Positions 47,398-56,440 of a stretch of DNA of 64,000 nt are shown in pieces (position 1 is the stretch's first letter; each line of letters begins with the position of its first letter). Below the pieces are notes generated by a model, which did not search any database, was not told the DNA's origin, and worked only from the letters and a program-made list of their open reading frames with translations. This DNA is from Acidobacteriota bacterium (GTDB lineage: Bacteria > Acidobacteriota > Terriglobia > Terriglobales > Acidobacteriaceae): the NCBI GenBank assembly GCA_046567085.1, contig JBKICP010000167.1, positions 3,051-67,050 on the forward strand, in the 5' to 3' direction. Both the position numbers and the translations under genes were made by a program.

Positions 47398-49095
47398 CTA
47401 CGGCAGCGGATTCGTGAAATCCTTCGGCGGCTTCAGAGCCGCTCCCGGAATCGCCACCGGCGTCACGCCCGTCTCCCGGCATGTCATCGCCGGCGGAAAG
47501 TGATTCACCACCGCGTCGGGGATCTCCGCCTGCGCCGCCGGAATCGGCGCCTTCTTCCCAGCCAGCCGCGCCGGATCGAATCCGCCCAGCAGATCCGTCA
47601 GCCGCGGATTCTCGTCGCGCGGCCCCTCCGGCAGATACGGCTTCTCATCCGGAAGCGAAGCCAGCGGCGGCAGATTGAAAAGCACATCCAGAAACTTCGC
47701 GAACGAGACGTGATCGCCCGCATCGGAAACCACTCCACCCGATCGCGCCCACGGCGAGATCAGAAGCAGCGGCACCCGCGGCCCATCGCCGCATGGATGC
47801 TGATCCGGACACGCCTCGAACTGCGGCGGCGGCACGTGATCGTAGAAGCCCTCCGAATCGTCCCACAGCACGATGATCGCCGAGTCCTTCCAGTACGGAC
47901 TCCGCGCCACCGTATTCACCACCTTCGCCACCAGCGACTCCGACAGCTGCGAATCCGAGTAGCCCGGATGATCGTCGTCGCCCAGAATGTTCGCCGCGCG
48001 CGCATCCGCCGGCTTCCATCCGAATGGATTCCGCGAGCCGCCCTTGATGAACACCACGCTCTGTGCCGGCAACTGATGCCCGTCCATCGTGGCAAAGAAA
48101 TCCAGCAGATCGTGCTCGCCCTTCCACATCGACGGATTCTGCCGCACGTATCCGAAATACTGCGGCGCGTTGTGGTGCGGGATATACGCCGGATGATTGT
48201 TGCCCGTTCCGTTACCGAAACCTTCCTGATACCAGGCCCATGGAATGGCCTCATGATTGAGCCGCGCCAGCGCGCCGATGTCGTCCTTCACGTCATCGGT
48301 GTCGATCTTCGCCTCCGGCGCGCTTTTCCCGCTCATCGACAGCATCAGCGTCGCGTAGGTCTGATCCAGTTGCTTCGGTCCGTTCGCCTGTCCGGCAAAG
48401 GCATACGGGCCGAACTTCGGTTCTGCATCATTCACCACCGGCTCGCCCGGCGTCATCGTCGACTTGAATTTCTCGTCCGGATGCCGCGCCGCCTGCGTCT
48501 GCCCGCTCTGCCCAGCAATCAGATCGATGTTCCCCGGCGTCGACGGCCCATACATCGCCTGGAAGATGTGGTCGTACAGAGTGAAATGGTGCGCGTACAT
48601 CCAGAGAAACGGAATCGTGTGGCAATCCTCATGCGCCATGGTCAGCATCCCCACCTGGCGCGCGTATTGCGGACTGCCGATGTTCTGCTGCACGATGTTC
48701 TTCTCTTCAAAGCCGACAAAATTGTCCATCTTTCCGTCGTCGCTCTTCGCCAGCAGCGCCTCGCGCGCGTGATCCGCATCCACCGTATCCGCGGCATGCA
48801 GCAGGAACGGCGTCACCCACGTCTGCCCGATCGCGTCCCACTGCCGGAACCCGTGCTGGCGCGCCTCGGCCGTCGCCAGGTTATCCACGCCCGGAAACGA
48901 TCCGAAATACGAATCGAACGAGCGGTTCTCCTGGTAGATCACGAAAACATGGTGAACGTGCGCCCGCAGCTGCGCGATGAATTGCTCCCTGGAAGCAGGC
49001 GATCCCGGCCCGTCAGGACCCGCCGGGGGCGCTGCATGACAAATGCCTGTCAGGAACGCCACACATCCCAGGAGCACCATCGTTCGCACTCGCAT
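47398..49095 (-). CDS. Phosphoesterase family protein (phospholipase C / AcpA-type acid phosphatase), secreted
   Basis: Signal peptide. HVFVIYQENRSFDSYFGSFPG is the PF04185 signature. Confidence 0.85.
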   Translation of the reverse strand: MRVRTMVLLGCVAFLTGICHAAPPAGPDGPGSPASREQFIAQLRAHVHHVFVIYQENRSFDSYFGSFPGVDNLATAEARQHGFRQWDAIGQTWVTPFLLHAADTVDADHAREALLAKSDDGKMDNFVGFEEKNIVQQNIGSPQYARQVGMLTMAHEDCHTIPFLWMYAHHFTLYDHIFQAMYGPSTPGNIDLIAGQSGQTQAARHPDEKFKSTMTPGEPVVNDAEPKFGPYAFAGQANGPKQLDQTYATLMLSMSGKSAPEAKIDTDDVKDDIGALARLNHEAIPWAWYQEGFGNGTGNNHPAYIPHHNAPQYFGYVRQNPSMWKGEHDLLDFFATMDGHQLPAQSVVFIKGGSRNPFGWKPADARAANILGDDDHPGYSDSQLSESLVAKVVNTVARSPYWKDSAIIVLWDDSEGFYDHVPPPQFEACPDQHPCGDGPRVPLLLISPWARSGGVVSDAGDHVSFAKFLDVLFNLPPLASLPDEKPYLPEGPRDENPRLTDLLGGFDPARLAGKKAPIPAAQAEIPDAVVNHFPPAMTCRETGVTPVAIPGAALKPPKDFTNPLP

Positions 49096-49431
49096 CGCAC
49101 TGTTTCCTGCCACTCGATTCTCCTTAAACTTTGCAAAAACCAAAGATCAGTACCTTTTTAAGGCGGTCCGCCACACATCCCTGTCAATTTCTCTTAACAT
49201 CAGGACCGTCGTTTCCCTTTTCATTCTCCCCCACGACAAGCATTTTGAGGAATCTTTGCTCGGGCGCGAGTAACTCGCCGAGGTAACTCCCTCGAGGAGT
49301 ATTGATGCCTGAGTTATATCCTTGCGCTCCTCCCGTTGACAGGAGACATACACGGTGGCACCATCGTGGGACCCTGCATTTGCATTACTTGCTTTCCCCA
49401 GGGACTCACGATTCGCGCGGGTGACGATGCC

Positions 49432-52400
49432 ATGCTCCAGTCCAGAGGACTTCTGTCCAGGCCCTTGCAGTGTGCCCTCATCCTTGCAGCCGCATTCTCA
49501 GTCCAGCCGACTGCCGACGGTCAGTCCAGGGAAATTCCACAAGGACGCCCCGACCCCGGTCTGGCGCGATCCCAAACGGTTCGATTCAGACCGCAATCCA
49601 CCGGCGTTGCCGGAAGCGGCAACCTTTGGCCTGCGGTGAGCGGCGTCGCCACCGTCTATTACGAAATCGATGGCTCTTCGGGGGATGTGACCAACATCAA
49701 CAATGCGATTACGCAATTTAACTCGGACTTTCCCGGCGTGATCCAGTGGGTGGACAATACCTCGCTCGGTTCCCCGAGTCCGAACTATGTACTCATCAAC
49801 CTCAGCACCAGCGACACCAGTGGTGTGTGCGAAGCGAATGTTGGCTATGACGCGATGCCGGCTCAGCCCGTCTCCGGATCCGCGAACTGCGACGAGGCGA
49901 CAATTCTGCATGAGATGGGCCACGTCATCGGACTGTGGCACGAAATGACCCGCACCGATCGCGATACCTACGTCACCGTGAACTACAACAACGTGACCAA
50001 GTCCGATTATCCGGGCAACTTCCTCATCAACACCGAGAATCAGCAGCTCCTCACAAAGTATTTCGATTACGGTTCCCTGATGCAGTATGGGGCCGCGGAT
50101 TTTTCCCGCAACAACGGCCCGGTGATTGAGAGCATCCCGGCCGGGATCCCGATGAACATCGAAGGACTTCCCGCTCCCGGTCCCAACACCAGTCCTGAGC
50201 CTGCGGATTATTCAGCCGCCGACAAGGAAGGCATTCTTCGCCTCTATGGTGCGCCGCCCACCGCGGTTACGATTACATCGAACCCGGCCGGCCTGCAGGT
50301 GATCGTGGATAGCACGACCTACACCACGCCTCACACATTTCCTCTGACCGGCGCCTGGGCGATGGGCACAACGCATACGCTCGATGTCCCGACCGGCGTG
50401 CAACAGCTATCGGGCTACATTATCGACAGCACGGCTGCGGCGAGTTTTTACTACACCTATGGCCGCTGGAACGACTCCACAGCGCAGCAGCACACCATCA
50501 CGATTACGGCGGGCGATGGCAGTCCGGGCTTTCCGCGAACCTCGCCCGAGGTGACCACCTACACGGCAAACTTTATTCAGCTGGTGCCGTATACGGCAAC
50601 GGCCGACCCGACGGGGTCGGGCACGATCAGCTCCAGCCCGCAGCCACAGGCGTATTCCGACACCAACAACAATCCCCTTGGAAATTTCTTCGTGGCCCGG
50701 CAAAACGTTACATTAACCGCCACCGCAAACTCGGGATGGAACTTCTACTGGTTCAATAACGCGCCGTTTTGGCTCCCCGGCGGCCTCTCGACCAATCCAA
50801 AGGAGCTGTTTGTTCCCGACACAGGCACTCCCATCAATTCCACCATCTATTTCTCGCCGTCGAGTAACCCGCTCTACATCGTCAATGTAACGCCGTCGGA
50901 AACTCTCGCGAACCAGTTTGCCCTGAATTGGTATGCCGACGTGGACGGTTCCTACTGGCTTGCGCCCAAGACGTTTTCCCCCAATTACTGGTCCGATGGC
51001 ACAACCTGGACGACCGGCAGCACCCACACCCTCAGCATCGCGTCGCCGATGTATGTCGGCTCCAACACGAGGTATGTCTTCAATAACTGGAGCGACGGCG
51101 GAGCGCTTTCGCATACCACAGGTCCGCTTCCGGCGACCAACGCGACTTACACAGCAACCTTCGATCCGCAGTTCGCTCCTTCGACGGGCGTGAATGCTTC
51201 CTGCGGCGGTTCAGTGACCATCAGCCAAACATCGCCAACCGGCGACGGCTTCTATCCCTGGGGACAGACGCTCACCTTCACCGCGACTCCCAATCCCGGC
51301 TGGAATTTCACGGGATGGAGCTACGATCTGGCGGGAGGATCGAATCCGGACACCATCACCGCTGACGATGAGACGCTGGCCTACGCCAACTTCAATACGA
51401 CCACCGATCCATTCGCATTCACAGGCATCAGTCCTGCCTCGGTGCAGGCGGGCACGAACGGCACGACCCTGATCCTCACAGGAACAGGATTTGATGCGGC
51501 GAACTCCTATGTGTTCTTAGGCAATACACAGCTGGCCACGACGTTCAGGAGCTCCACAGAACTGGATGCGACCGTAACCCCAGCCGAGCTCGCAAATCCG
51601 GCAACCTATCCCATCTATATTGAAAACTTTCCCAGTGGCGCCACCTGCGCCGCCTTCGGGGGCCAGACCTTTAAGGTTACGGCCCCACCGGTTACGCCGA
51701 CAATTTCCTGGACTCCGGCAGGTACCATCATCTTTGGCGATGCGGGAACGAAGGTTCTGACCGCAATCGCCAATGCTCCAGGCGCCTTTACCTACTCGGC
51801 GACACAGGGCGGTGCGCCGATCAATGTCACCAGCGGAACGCAGGGGTTGGCGGCCGGTTCCTGGAATATCACAGCAACCTTTACCCCGACCGACCCCACC
51901 ACCTACGCCACCGCACAAACAACCCTGGCCATCACGGTGAGCGGCGAGAGCGTGTGGATCCTGAACAGCGGAGGCAGCGGTGCAGAACTGGCAGGGGACG
52001 GGTACGGGATCTCGACGAGCGCCTACCCCGGAGCCAATACGGCTATCGCCATCGACAGCGGCGGCAACGTGTGGACGGCGGGCACCGGACCCCTGCTCGA
52101 GGAGACCAGCCAGGTGGGCACGGTGCAGAACACGATCAGCTCCGGAGGCGGGCTGAACGCGCCCGCTGGAATCGCCATCGACGGACTGAGCCAGGTGTGG
52201 GTGACCGACGGCAACAACAGCGTGAGCCAGTTCAGCAACGCCGGCGCGCCCGTCTCGCCCTCGACCGGTTACACCGATACCTCGCTCGCGACGCCCATCG
52301 GCATCGCCATCGATCAGGCGGGCAGCGTGTGGGTCGCCAACAAGGGCAACAACAGCCTGACGAGAATCCTGGGCGCGGCAGCCCCCGCTGCGCCTCTCTC

Positions 52401-52440
52401 CACGGCAGCAAAGAACAACACAACGGGAGCACGGCCATGA
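49432..52440 (+). CDS. Secreted multidomain protein: astacin-like (M12A) zinc metalloprotease + divergent InlB-B-like repeats + IPT/TIG + C-terminal NHL repeats
   Basis: Signal peptide. HEMGHVIGLWHEMTRTDRD (HExxHxxGxxHExxRxDRD) and Met-turn SLMQY. NHL-like GLNAPAGIAIDGLSQVWVTD and PIGIAIDQAGSVWVAN. Confidence 0.85.
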   Translation: MLQSRGLLSRPLQCALILAAAFSVQPTADGQSREIPQGRPDPGLARSQTVRFRPQSTGVAGSGNLWPAVSGVATVYYEIDGSSGDVTNINNAITQFNSDFPGVIQWVDNTSLGSPSPNYVLINLSTSDTSGVCEANVGYDAMPAQPVSGSANCDEATILHEMGHVIGLWHEMTRTDRDTYVTVNYNNVTKSDYPGNFLINTENQQLLTKYFDYGSLMQYGAADFSRNNGPVIESIPAGIPMNIEGLPAPGPNTSPEPADYSAADKEGILRLYGAPPTAVTITSNPAGLQVIVDSTTYTTPHTFPLTGAWAMGTTHTLDVPTGVQQLSGYIIDSTAAASFYYTYGRWNDSTAQQHTITITAGDGSPGFPRTSPEVTTYTANFIQLVPYTATADPTGSGTISSSPQPQAYSDTNNNPLGNFFVARQNVTLTATANSGWNFYWFNNAPFWLPGGLSTNPKELFVPDTGTPINSTIYFSPSSNPLYIVNVTPSETLANQFALNWYADVDGSYWLAPKTFSPNYWSDGTTWTTGSTHTLSIASPMYVGSNTRYVFNNWSDGGALSHTTGPLPATNATYTATFDPQFAPSTGVNASCGGSVTISQTSPTGDGFYPWGQTLTFTATPNPGWNFTGWSYDLAGGSNPDTITADDETLAYANFNTTTDPFAFTGISPASVQAGTNGTTLILTGTGFDAANSYVFLGNTQLATTFRSSTELDATVTPAELANPATYPIYIENFPSGATCAAFGGQTFKVTAPPVTPTISWTPAGTIIFGDAGTKVLTAIANAPGAFTYSATQGGAPINVTSGTQGLAAGSWNITATFTPTDPTTYATAQTTLAITVSGESVWILNSGGSGAELAGDGYGISTSAYPGANTAIAIDSGGNVWTAGTGPLLEETSQVGTVQNTISSGGGLNAPAGIAIDGLSQVWVTDGNNSVSQFSNAGAPVSPSTGYTDTSLATPIGIAIDQAGSVWVANKGNNSLTRILGAAAPAAPLSTAAKNNTTGARP

Positions 52441-53840
52441 GACGAGCCTCGATGCAGGCAACGACGATGCTGGCAGCGGTAGGCGCACTGGCGCTGGCCG
52501 GGTGCGCCACGAATGCGACGATGAGCGTGAACCCCCAGCCGAAGCCGGCCCCCGCAGCTACCGCCGTTCAGGGAGAAGCCTTCGGTGGACAGCAGCCGGT
52601 GGTGGGCATGTCGCTCCAGCTCTACGCAGCCGGCACCAGCGGCTACGGCTCGGCGGCGACGGCGGTGTTCGGCACCCCGTTGACGACCAACTCTAACGGC
52701 GGCTTCACCTTCCCCACTGGGTGGGCGAGCGGCTGTCCCACAACCACGTCTCCGGTCTATCTGGTGGGAACCGGCGGCGACCCGGTGGCTGGGAACACTT
52801 CGAACGGAGGCAGCACGGCGGCCAATCCTCAGCTTGCCCTGGCGGTCGCCCTGGGCCCGTGCAACAGTCTCAACTCGAGCACGCACATCCACATGAACGA
52901 GCTGACCACGGTCGCCGCGGCATGGGCGCTGGCCCCGTTCATGAGCGGCAACACGACGAGCTACCTGAACGTGGGAACCTCCTCGACCAACACCGCCGGT
53001 CTGGCCATGGCCTTTGCCGCGGCAGCGCAACTGGTGAATACCTCCACCGGCACGGTCGGAGGCTCAACCCTGCCCGCCGGCGCGACCGTGCCGACGGCAG
53101 AGATCTACAGCATCGGTAACATCCTCGAGGCGTGCATCAATTCAAAGGGTGGAGTGGCCAACGATGGGACGGCGTGCGGCACGCTGTTCGGGGACACGCC
53201 TTCCAGCACTGGCTATCCCACCGACACGATCACCGCGGCCATGAACATCGCGCAGAATCCGGGGAGGAACGTGGCGGCGCTGTTCAACATCGCCACCGGA
53301 ACGCCGGCGTTTATGACGCCCCTGACCTCGGCGCCCAATGCGTGGACCATCGCGATCCAGTACACCGGCGGCGGCCTGAACGCGCCAACCGCGATCGCCG
53401 CCGACCAGTCGGGCAACATCTGGGTCGCCAACAGCGCCAGCACCGGCACCGGCGCTGTCTCTCTCTTCGACAATCTGGGTAACAGCAAGCTCGGAACCAC
53501 CGGCGCGACGATCGGCGGTACGCCGGGCGGCCTTGCCATCGATCTGAACGGGAACGGGTGGGTGACCTCGTCCAACAACGAAGTCTACGAGCTTACTTCG
53601 AGCGGGACCACCACCACCACGCTTACCGGCAACGGCCTCAACCTGCCTACCGCAATCGCCATCGACCCGAGCAGCAACATCTGGCTGGTGAACAGCGCCA
53701 GCGGAGCCAATACAGTGAGCGCCTTCACCAGTGCCGGCGGTACGGTCAGTGGATCGCCGTTCTCCGGAGCAGGCATTGCAGCTCCGGCCGGCATCGCCAT
53801 CAACGGCAATGCCAACGCCAACTGCGCCGATTGCCACTAG
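52437..53840 (+). CDS. NHL-repeat lipoprotein
   Basis: ATGA overlap with the upstream stop. Lipobox LALAGC. NHL repeats (APTAIAADQSGNIWVAN, LPTAIAIDPSSNIWLVN). Ends in NCADCH. Confidence 0.8.
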   Translation: MRRASMQATTMLAAVGALALAGCATNATMSVNPQPKPAPAATAVQGEAFGGQQPVVGMSLQLYAAGTSGYGSAATAVFGTPLTTNSNGGFTFPTGWASGCPTTTSPVYLVGTGGDPVAGNTSNGGSTAANPQLALAVALGPCNSLNSSTHIHMNELTTVAAAWALAPFMSGNTTSYLNVGTSSTNTAGLAMAFAAAAQLVNTSTGTVGGSTLPAGATVPTAEIYSIGNILEACINSKGGVANDGTACGTLFGDTPSSTGYPTDTITAAMNIAQNPGRNVAALFNIATGTPAFMTPLTSAPNAWTIAIQYTGGGLNAPTAIAADQSGNIWVANSASTGTGAVSLFDNLGNSKLGTTGATIGGTPGGLAIDLNGNGWVTSSNNEVYELTSSGTTTTTLTGNGLNLPTAIAIDPSSNIWLVNSASGANTVSAFTSAGGTVSGSPFSGAGIAAPAGIAINGNANANCADCH

Positions 53841-53946
53841 CACGGGGTTTCATGCGATGTCGTGCGAAGGCGCAACCCAGGCATCGATTCGCACAATCTG
53901 CGCAGCTCCCCAGGAAGGATCTCGCAGCTCACAGTTCAGGATCAGG

Positions 53947-54801
53947 ATGGATTTGCAGCTTCACACCTCGCGCGACGCAGCCGAAACCACGGCGCTCCAC
54001 ACAGGCCCTCACCTCGCCCTGAGGGCCTGGGGCGTGCCTTTCCGGCTCTCTGCGGAAACCGGCTCTCTGCTCGAGCGAATGCGGGCTCATGCCCCTTTCG
54101 GCTCGACGGAGTGCGACCGCCAGTCCTCGGCGATACACACCTTCACGCTGCGCAGCGTTGAGGCGGACGGTCATTACCGCGTGCAGTTCGGCGATCAGCT
54201 GCTGGTGGATGCGGCGAAACTGGATTCGGCCCTGATCCAGCTCGGCGGCCACATGATGATGCATGTCGCCGAGCATTCTCCGGATTACGTCTTCCTGCAT
54301 TCCGGCGTCGTTGGCTGGCAGAATCGTGCGCTGCTGTTGCCCGGCGCGAGTTTTGCCGGCAAGTCGACCCTCGTTGCTGAGCTGGTGCGGGCCGGCGCCA
54401 CCTTTTATTCCGACGAGTTTGCGCTCATCGATGCCGAAGGCCGCGTGCATCCGTTTCCTCGCGACCTGCAACTCCGCAGTCCGGGCCGCGTCGAGCAGAC
54501 CGTTGTACCCCTCGCTCAACTCGAAGGCCGCGCCGGCAAAGAGCCCATCCCTGTCTCACTCGTCATCTTCACGCAGTTTGCTGAAGACGCGCGCTGGTCG
54601 CCCGAGCCGGTTTCCCCTGGCCGAGCCGTACTGGAACTGCTGCTGCACAGCACGCCCGTTCAGCGCGCCCCCGCGCGCGTTCTCGCGACCCTCACTGCGA
54701 TGATGCGCAACGCCACGGCATGGCGTTCGCCCCGCGGAGAAGCCAGCGCCGCGGCCCGCTCGCTGCTTGCCGCTCTCGCCGCAGGAGGGCCACCCGCATG
54801 A
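53947..54801 (+). CDS. HprK-related kinase (HPr kinase C-terminal-like P-loop protein)
   Basis: FLHSGVVGWQNRALLLPGASFAGKSTLVAELVRAG (Walker A GxxxxGKST) in an HprK-like context. An alternative start lies at 53857. Confidence 0.75.
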   Translation: MDLQLHTSRDAAETTALHTGPHLALRAWGVPFRLSAETGSLLERMRAHAPFGSTECDRQSSAIHTFTLRSVEADGHYRVQFGDQLLVDAAKLDSALIQLGGHMMMHVAEHSPDYVFLHSGVVGWQNRALLLPGASFAGKSTLVAELVRAGATFYSDEFALIDAEGRVHPFPRDLQLRSPGRVEQTVVPLAQLEGRAGKEPIPVSLVIFTQFAEDARWSPEPVSPGRAVLELLLHSTPVQRAPARVLATLTAMMRNATAWRSPRGEASAAARSLLAALAAGGPPA

Positions 54802-55934
54802 GACCCGGCATGCACTGGCTGCTCCGGCTGCTGCGTGGACAGGCGCGGTGGAACGACGCCCCCGAGACGGAGTGGATGAAGGTACTTGATCTCGCCGAGC
54901 AGGAGAACGTTCTGCCGTGGGCTGCAACCCGTCTGCGCGCACAGCTCGACAACTCCGCGTCGCCCTTTGCAGCACGCCTCGAGCGGGTCGCGCGCAACGC
55001 TCGCGTCTTCGCCTTTCTCTGGAGCGCGACGCTGCGGTCGACGCTCGCGGAATTCCACCATCGGTCCATCCCGGTTCTTTCGCTCAAGGGGCCATGGATG
55101 GCCCATCGGTTGTACGGCGATGCGTCGCTGAAACTCTACAGCGACCTTGATCTCCTTGTGCATCGCCAGGACATCGCTCGCGCCGAGAGCCTCCTCGTCC
55201 AACTGGGCTTTCATGCCAAAGAGAGACGCGACGACTACCATCGTCCCTGGCATCGCGAAGGCCTCAGGATTGAGCTTCATCACGATGTAGAGAACCCGCT
55301 GGCGTTCGACTTTCGTGTCGAGGACGCATGGGGCCGCGCGGTGCCCGCCGCATTCGACGGTGTCCCGGCACGGCTGCTCTCGCCTCCCGACGAATTGCTC
55401 TTCCTTTGCCTGCACAGCGTGCGCCATCGCTTCGAACGTCTCAGCCACGTCCTCGACCTGCTGCTGGCCTTCCATCATTTCGGCGATGCTGTCTCTGCAG
55501 CGGCAAAGTGCGCGCCTGCCGCCCAGCGCGTCCTGACTCTGGGAGCGATCATGGCCTCGCGCCTCGACCCTCGCTTTGCCGTTCCGGCCGAATTCGCTCG
55601 CACGTCCGACTACACGGCGCTCGAAAGGCTGGCCGATTCGCTCTGGGAGGAGCGCATGCAGCAGCCGGCGCCTGCCCTCGACTGGAAGCTGCAGCATCGG
55701 TTCTATCTCGCCCTCGAAACACGCCCGTGGGATCGTCTGTTCGCTCGCTTCCGCCACCTCCGCATCCTCGCTACCCGGCTCATCGAGCCGGACTTCGCCT
55801 TCGCCGCGCGGTTCCACCTTGATCGGAGCTGGCAAGTCTGGCTCGTCAGACCCATTCGGCTCTTGCGCAGGTCTGCAATGCGGCCTCCCGCGGATCCACG
55901 ATGGTCGCCTGAGAACATTCACGTCAACGGCTGA
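54798..55934 (+). CDS. PF14907 (NTP_transf_5) nucleotidyltransferase family protein
   Basis: ATGA overlap with the kinase stop. Pol-beta-like NTase motif LKGPWMAHRLYGDASLKLYSDLDLLV, followed by LELHHDV. Confidence 0.8.
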   Translation: MRPGMHWLLRLLRGQARWNDAPETEWMKVLDLAEQENVLPWAATRLRAQLDNSASPFAARLERVARNARVFAFLWSATLRSTLAEFHHRSIPVLSLKGPWMAHRLYGDASLKLYSDLDLLVHRQDIARAESLLVQLGFHAKERRDDYHRPWHREGLRIELHHDVENPLAFDFRVEDAWGRAVPAAFDGVPARLLSPPDELLFLCLHSVRHRFERLSHVLDLLLAFHHFGDAVSAAAKCAPAAQRVLTLGAIMASRLDPRFAVPAEFARTSDYTALERLADSLWEERMQQPAPALDWKLQHRFYLALETRPWDRLFARFRHLRILATRLIEPDFAFAARFHLDRSWQVWLVRPIRLLRRSAMRPPADPRWSPENIHVNG

Positions 55935-55971
55935 ACGGCAACAGAATCGAATGCAGGAAAGGAAATTCAGG

Positions 55972-56394
55972 ATGAACTCGACCCTAAGGCCACGCAGCAT
56001 GCGCGACGAGCGAATTACGGTTCAGCAGGTAGGTGAGGAGACGCTCCTGTACGACGAGCGCACCCATCGGGCCTGGTGCCTCAACGCCAGCTCCGCCTGC
56101 GTCTGGCGCCTCTGCGATGGCCAGACCACGGTGGCTCAGATCGCTGCCGGCGCCGCGGCGGAGCTGCGTGCGCCCTTCAGTGAAGAACTCGTCCTGTTGA
56201 CCCTTGCGGAATTGCGCGAGCAGGGCCTGCTGCAGTCCGACCCAGGGGACGCACTGCCGCAGGGGGTTACGCGACGAGCCATCATCGGCAGGATCGGCCT
56301 CACCGCGGCTGCGCTGCTCCCGGTGATCGCCGCCCTCACCGCGCCGCCCGCCTCAGCGCAGGGTGGATCGGTCGGTAGCGGTGGGAACGGGTAG
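55972..56394 (+). CDS. PqqD-family (RiPP recognition element-like) protein with C-terminal Tat-signal-like hydrophobic tail
   Basis: LLYDERTHRAWCLNASSACVWRLCDGQTTVAQIAA...LAELREQGLL is PqqD-like. Tail is TRRAIIGRIGLTAAALLPVIAALTAPPASAQGGSVGSGGNG. RBS AGGAAAGGA. Confidence 0.8.
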   Translation: MNSTLRPRSMRDERITVQQVGEETLLYDERTHRAWCLNASSACVWRLCDGQTTVAQIAAGAAAELRAPFSEELVLLTLAELREQGLLQSDPGDALPQGVTRRAIIGRIGLTAAALLPVIAALTAPPASAQGGSVGSGGNG

Positions 56395-56440
56395 CGCCTC
56401 CCGAAACCCCGGGCCGGCTCTCCATCGTTACAATCGCCTT

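Noticed and set aside
47500-49161. 553-aa plus-strand ORF
   Set aside because: It is antisense to the phosphoesterase (PLC/AcpA) gene. It is extremely Arg-rich and lacks any domain.
53841-56394. Complete lasso-peptide biosynthetic gene cluster
   Set aside because: Kinase, PF14907 nucleotidyltransferase and PqqD are present. However, no asparagine-synthetase-like cyclase, no transglutaminase-like B2 protease and no short precursor ORF could be found in or beside the cassette. The only ORF in the 53841-53946 gap (starting 53862) overlaps the kinase gene out of frame.
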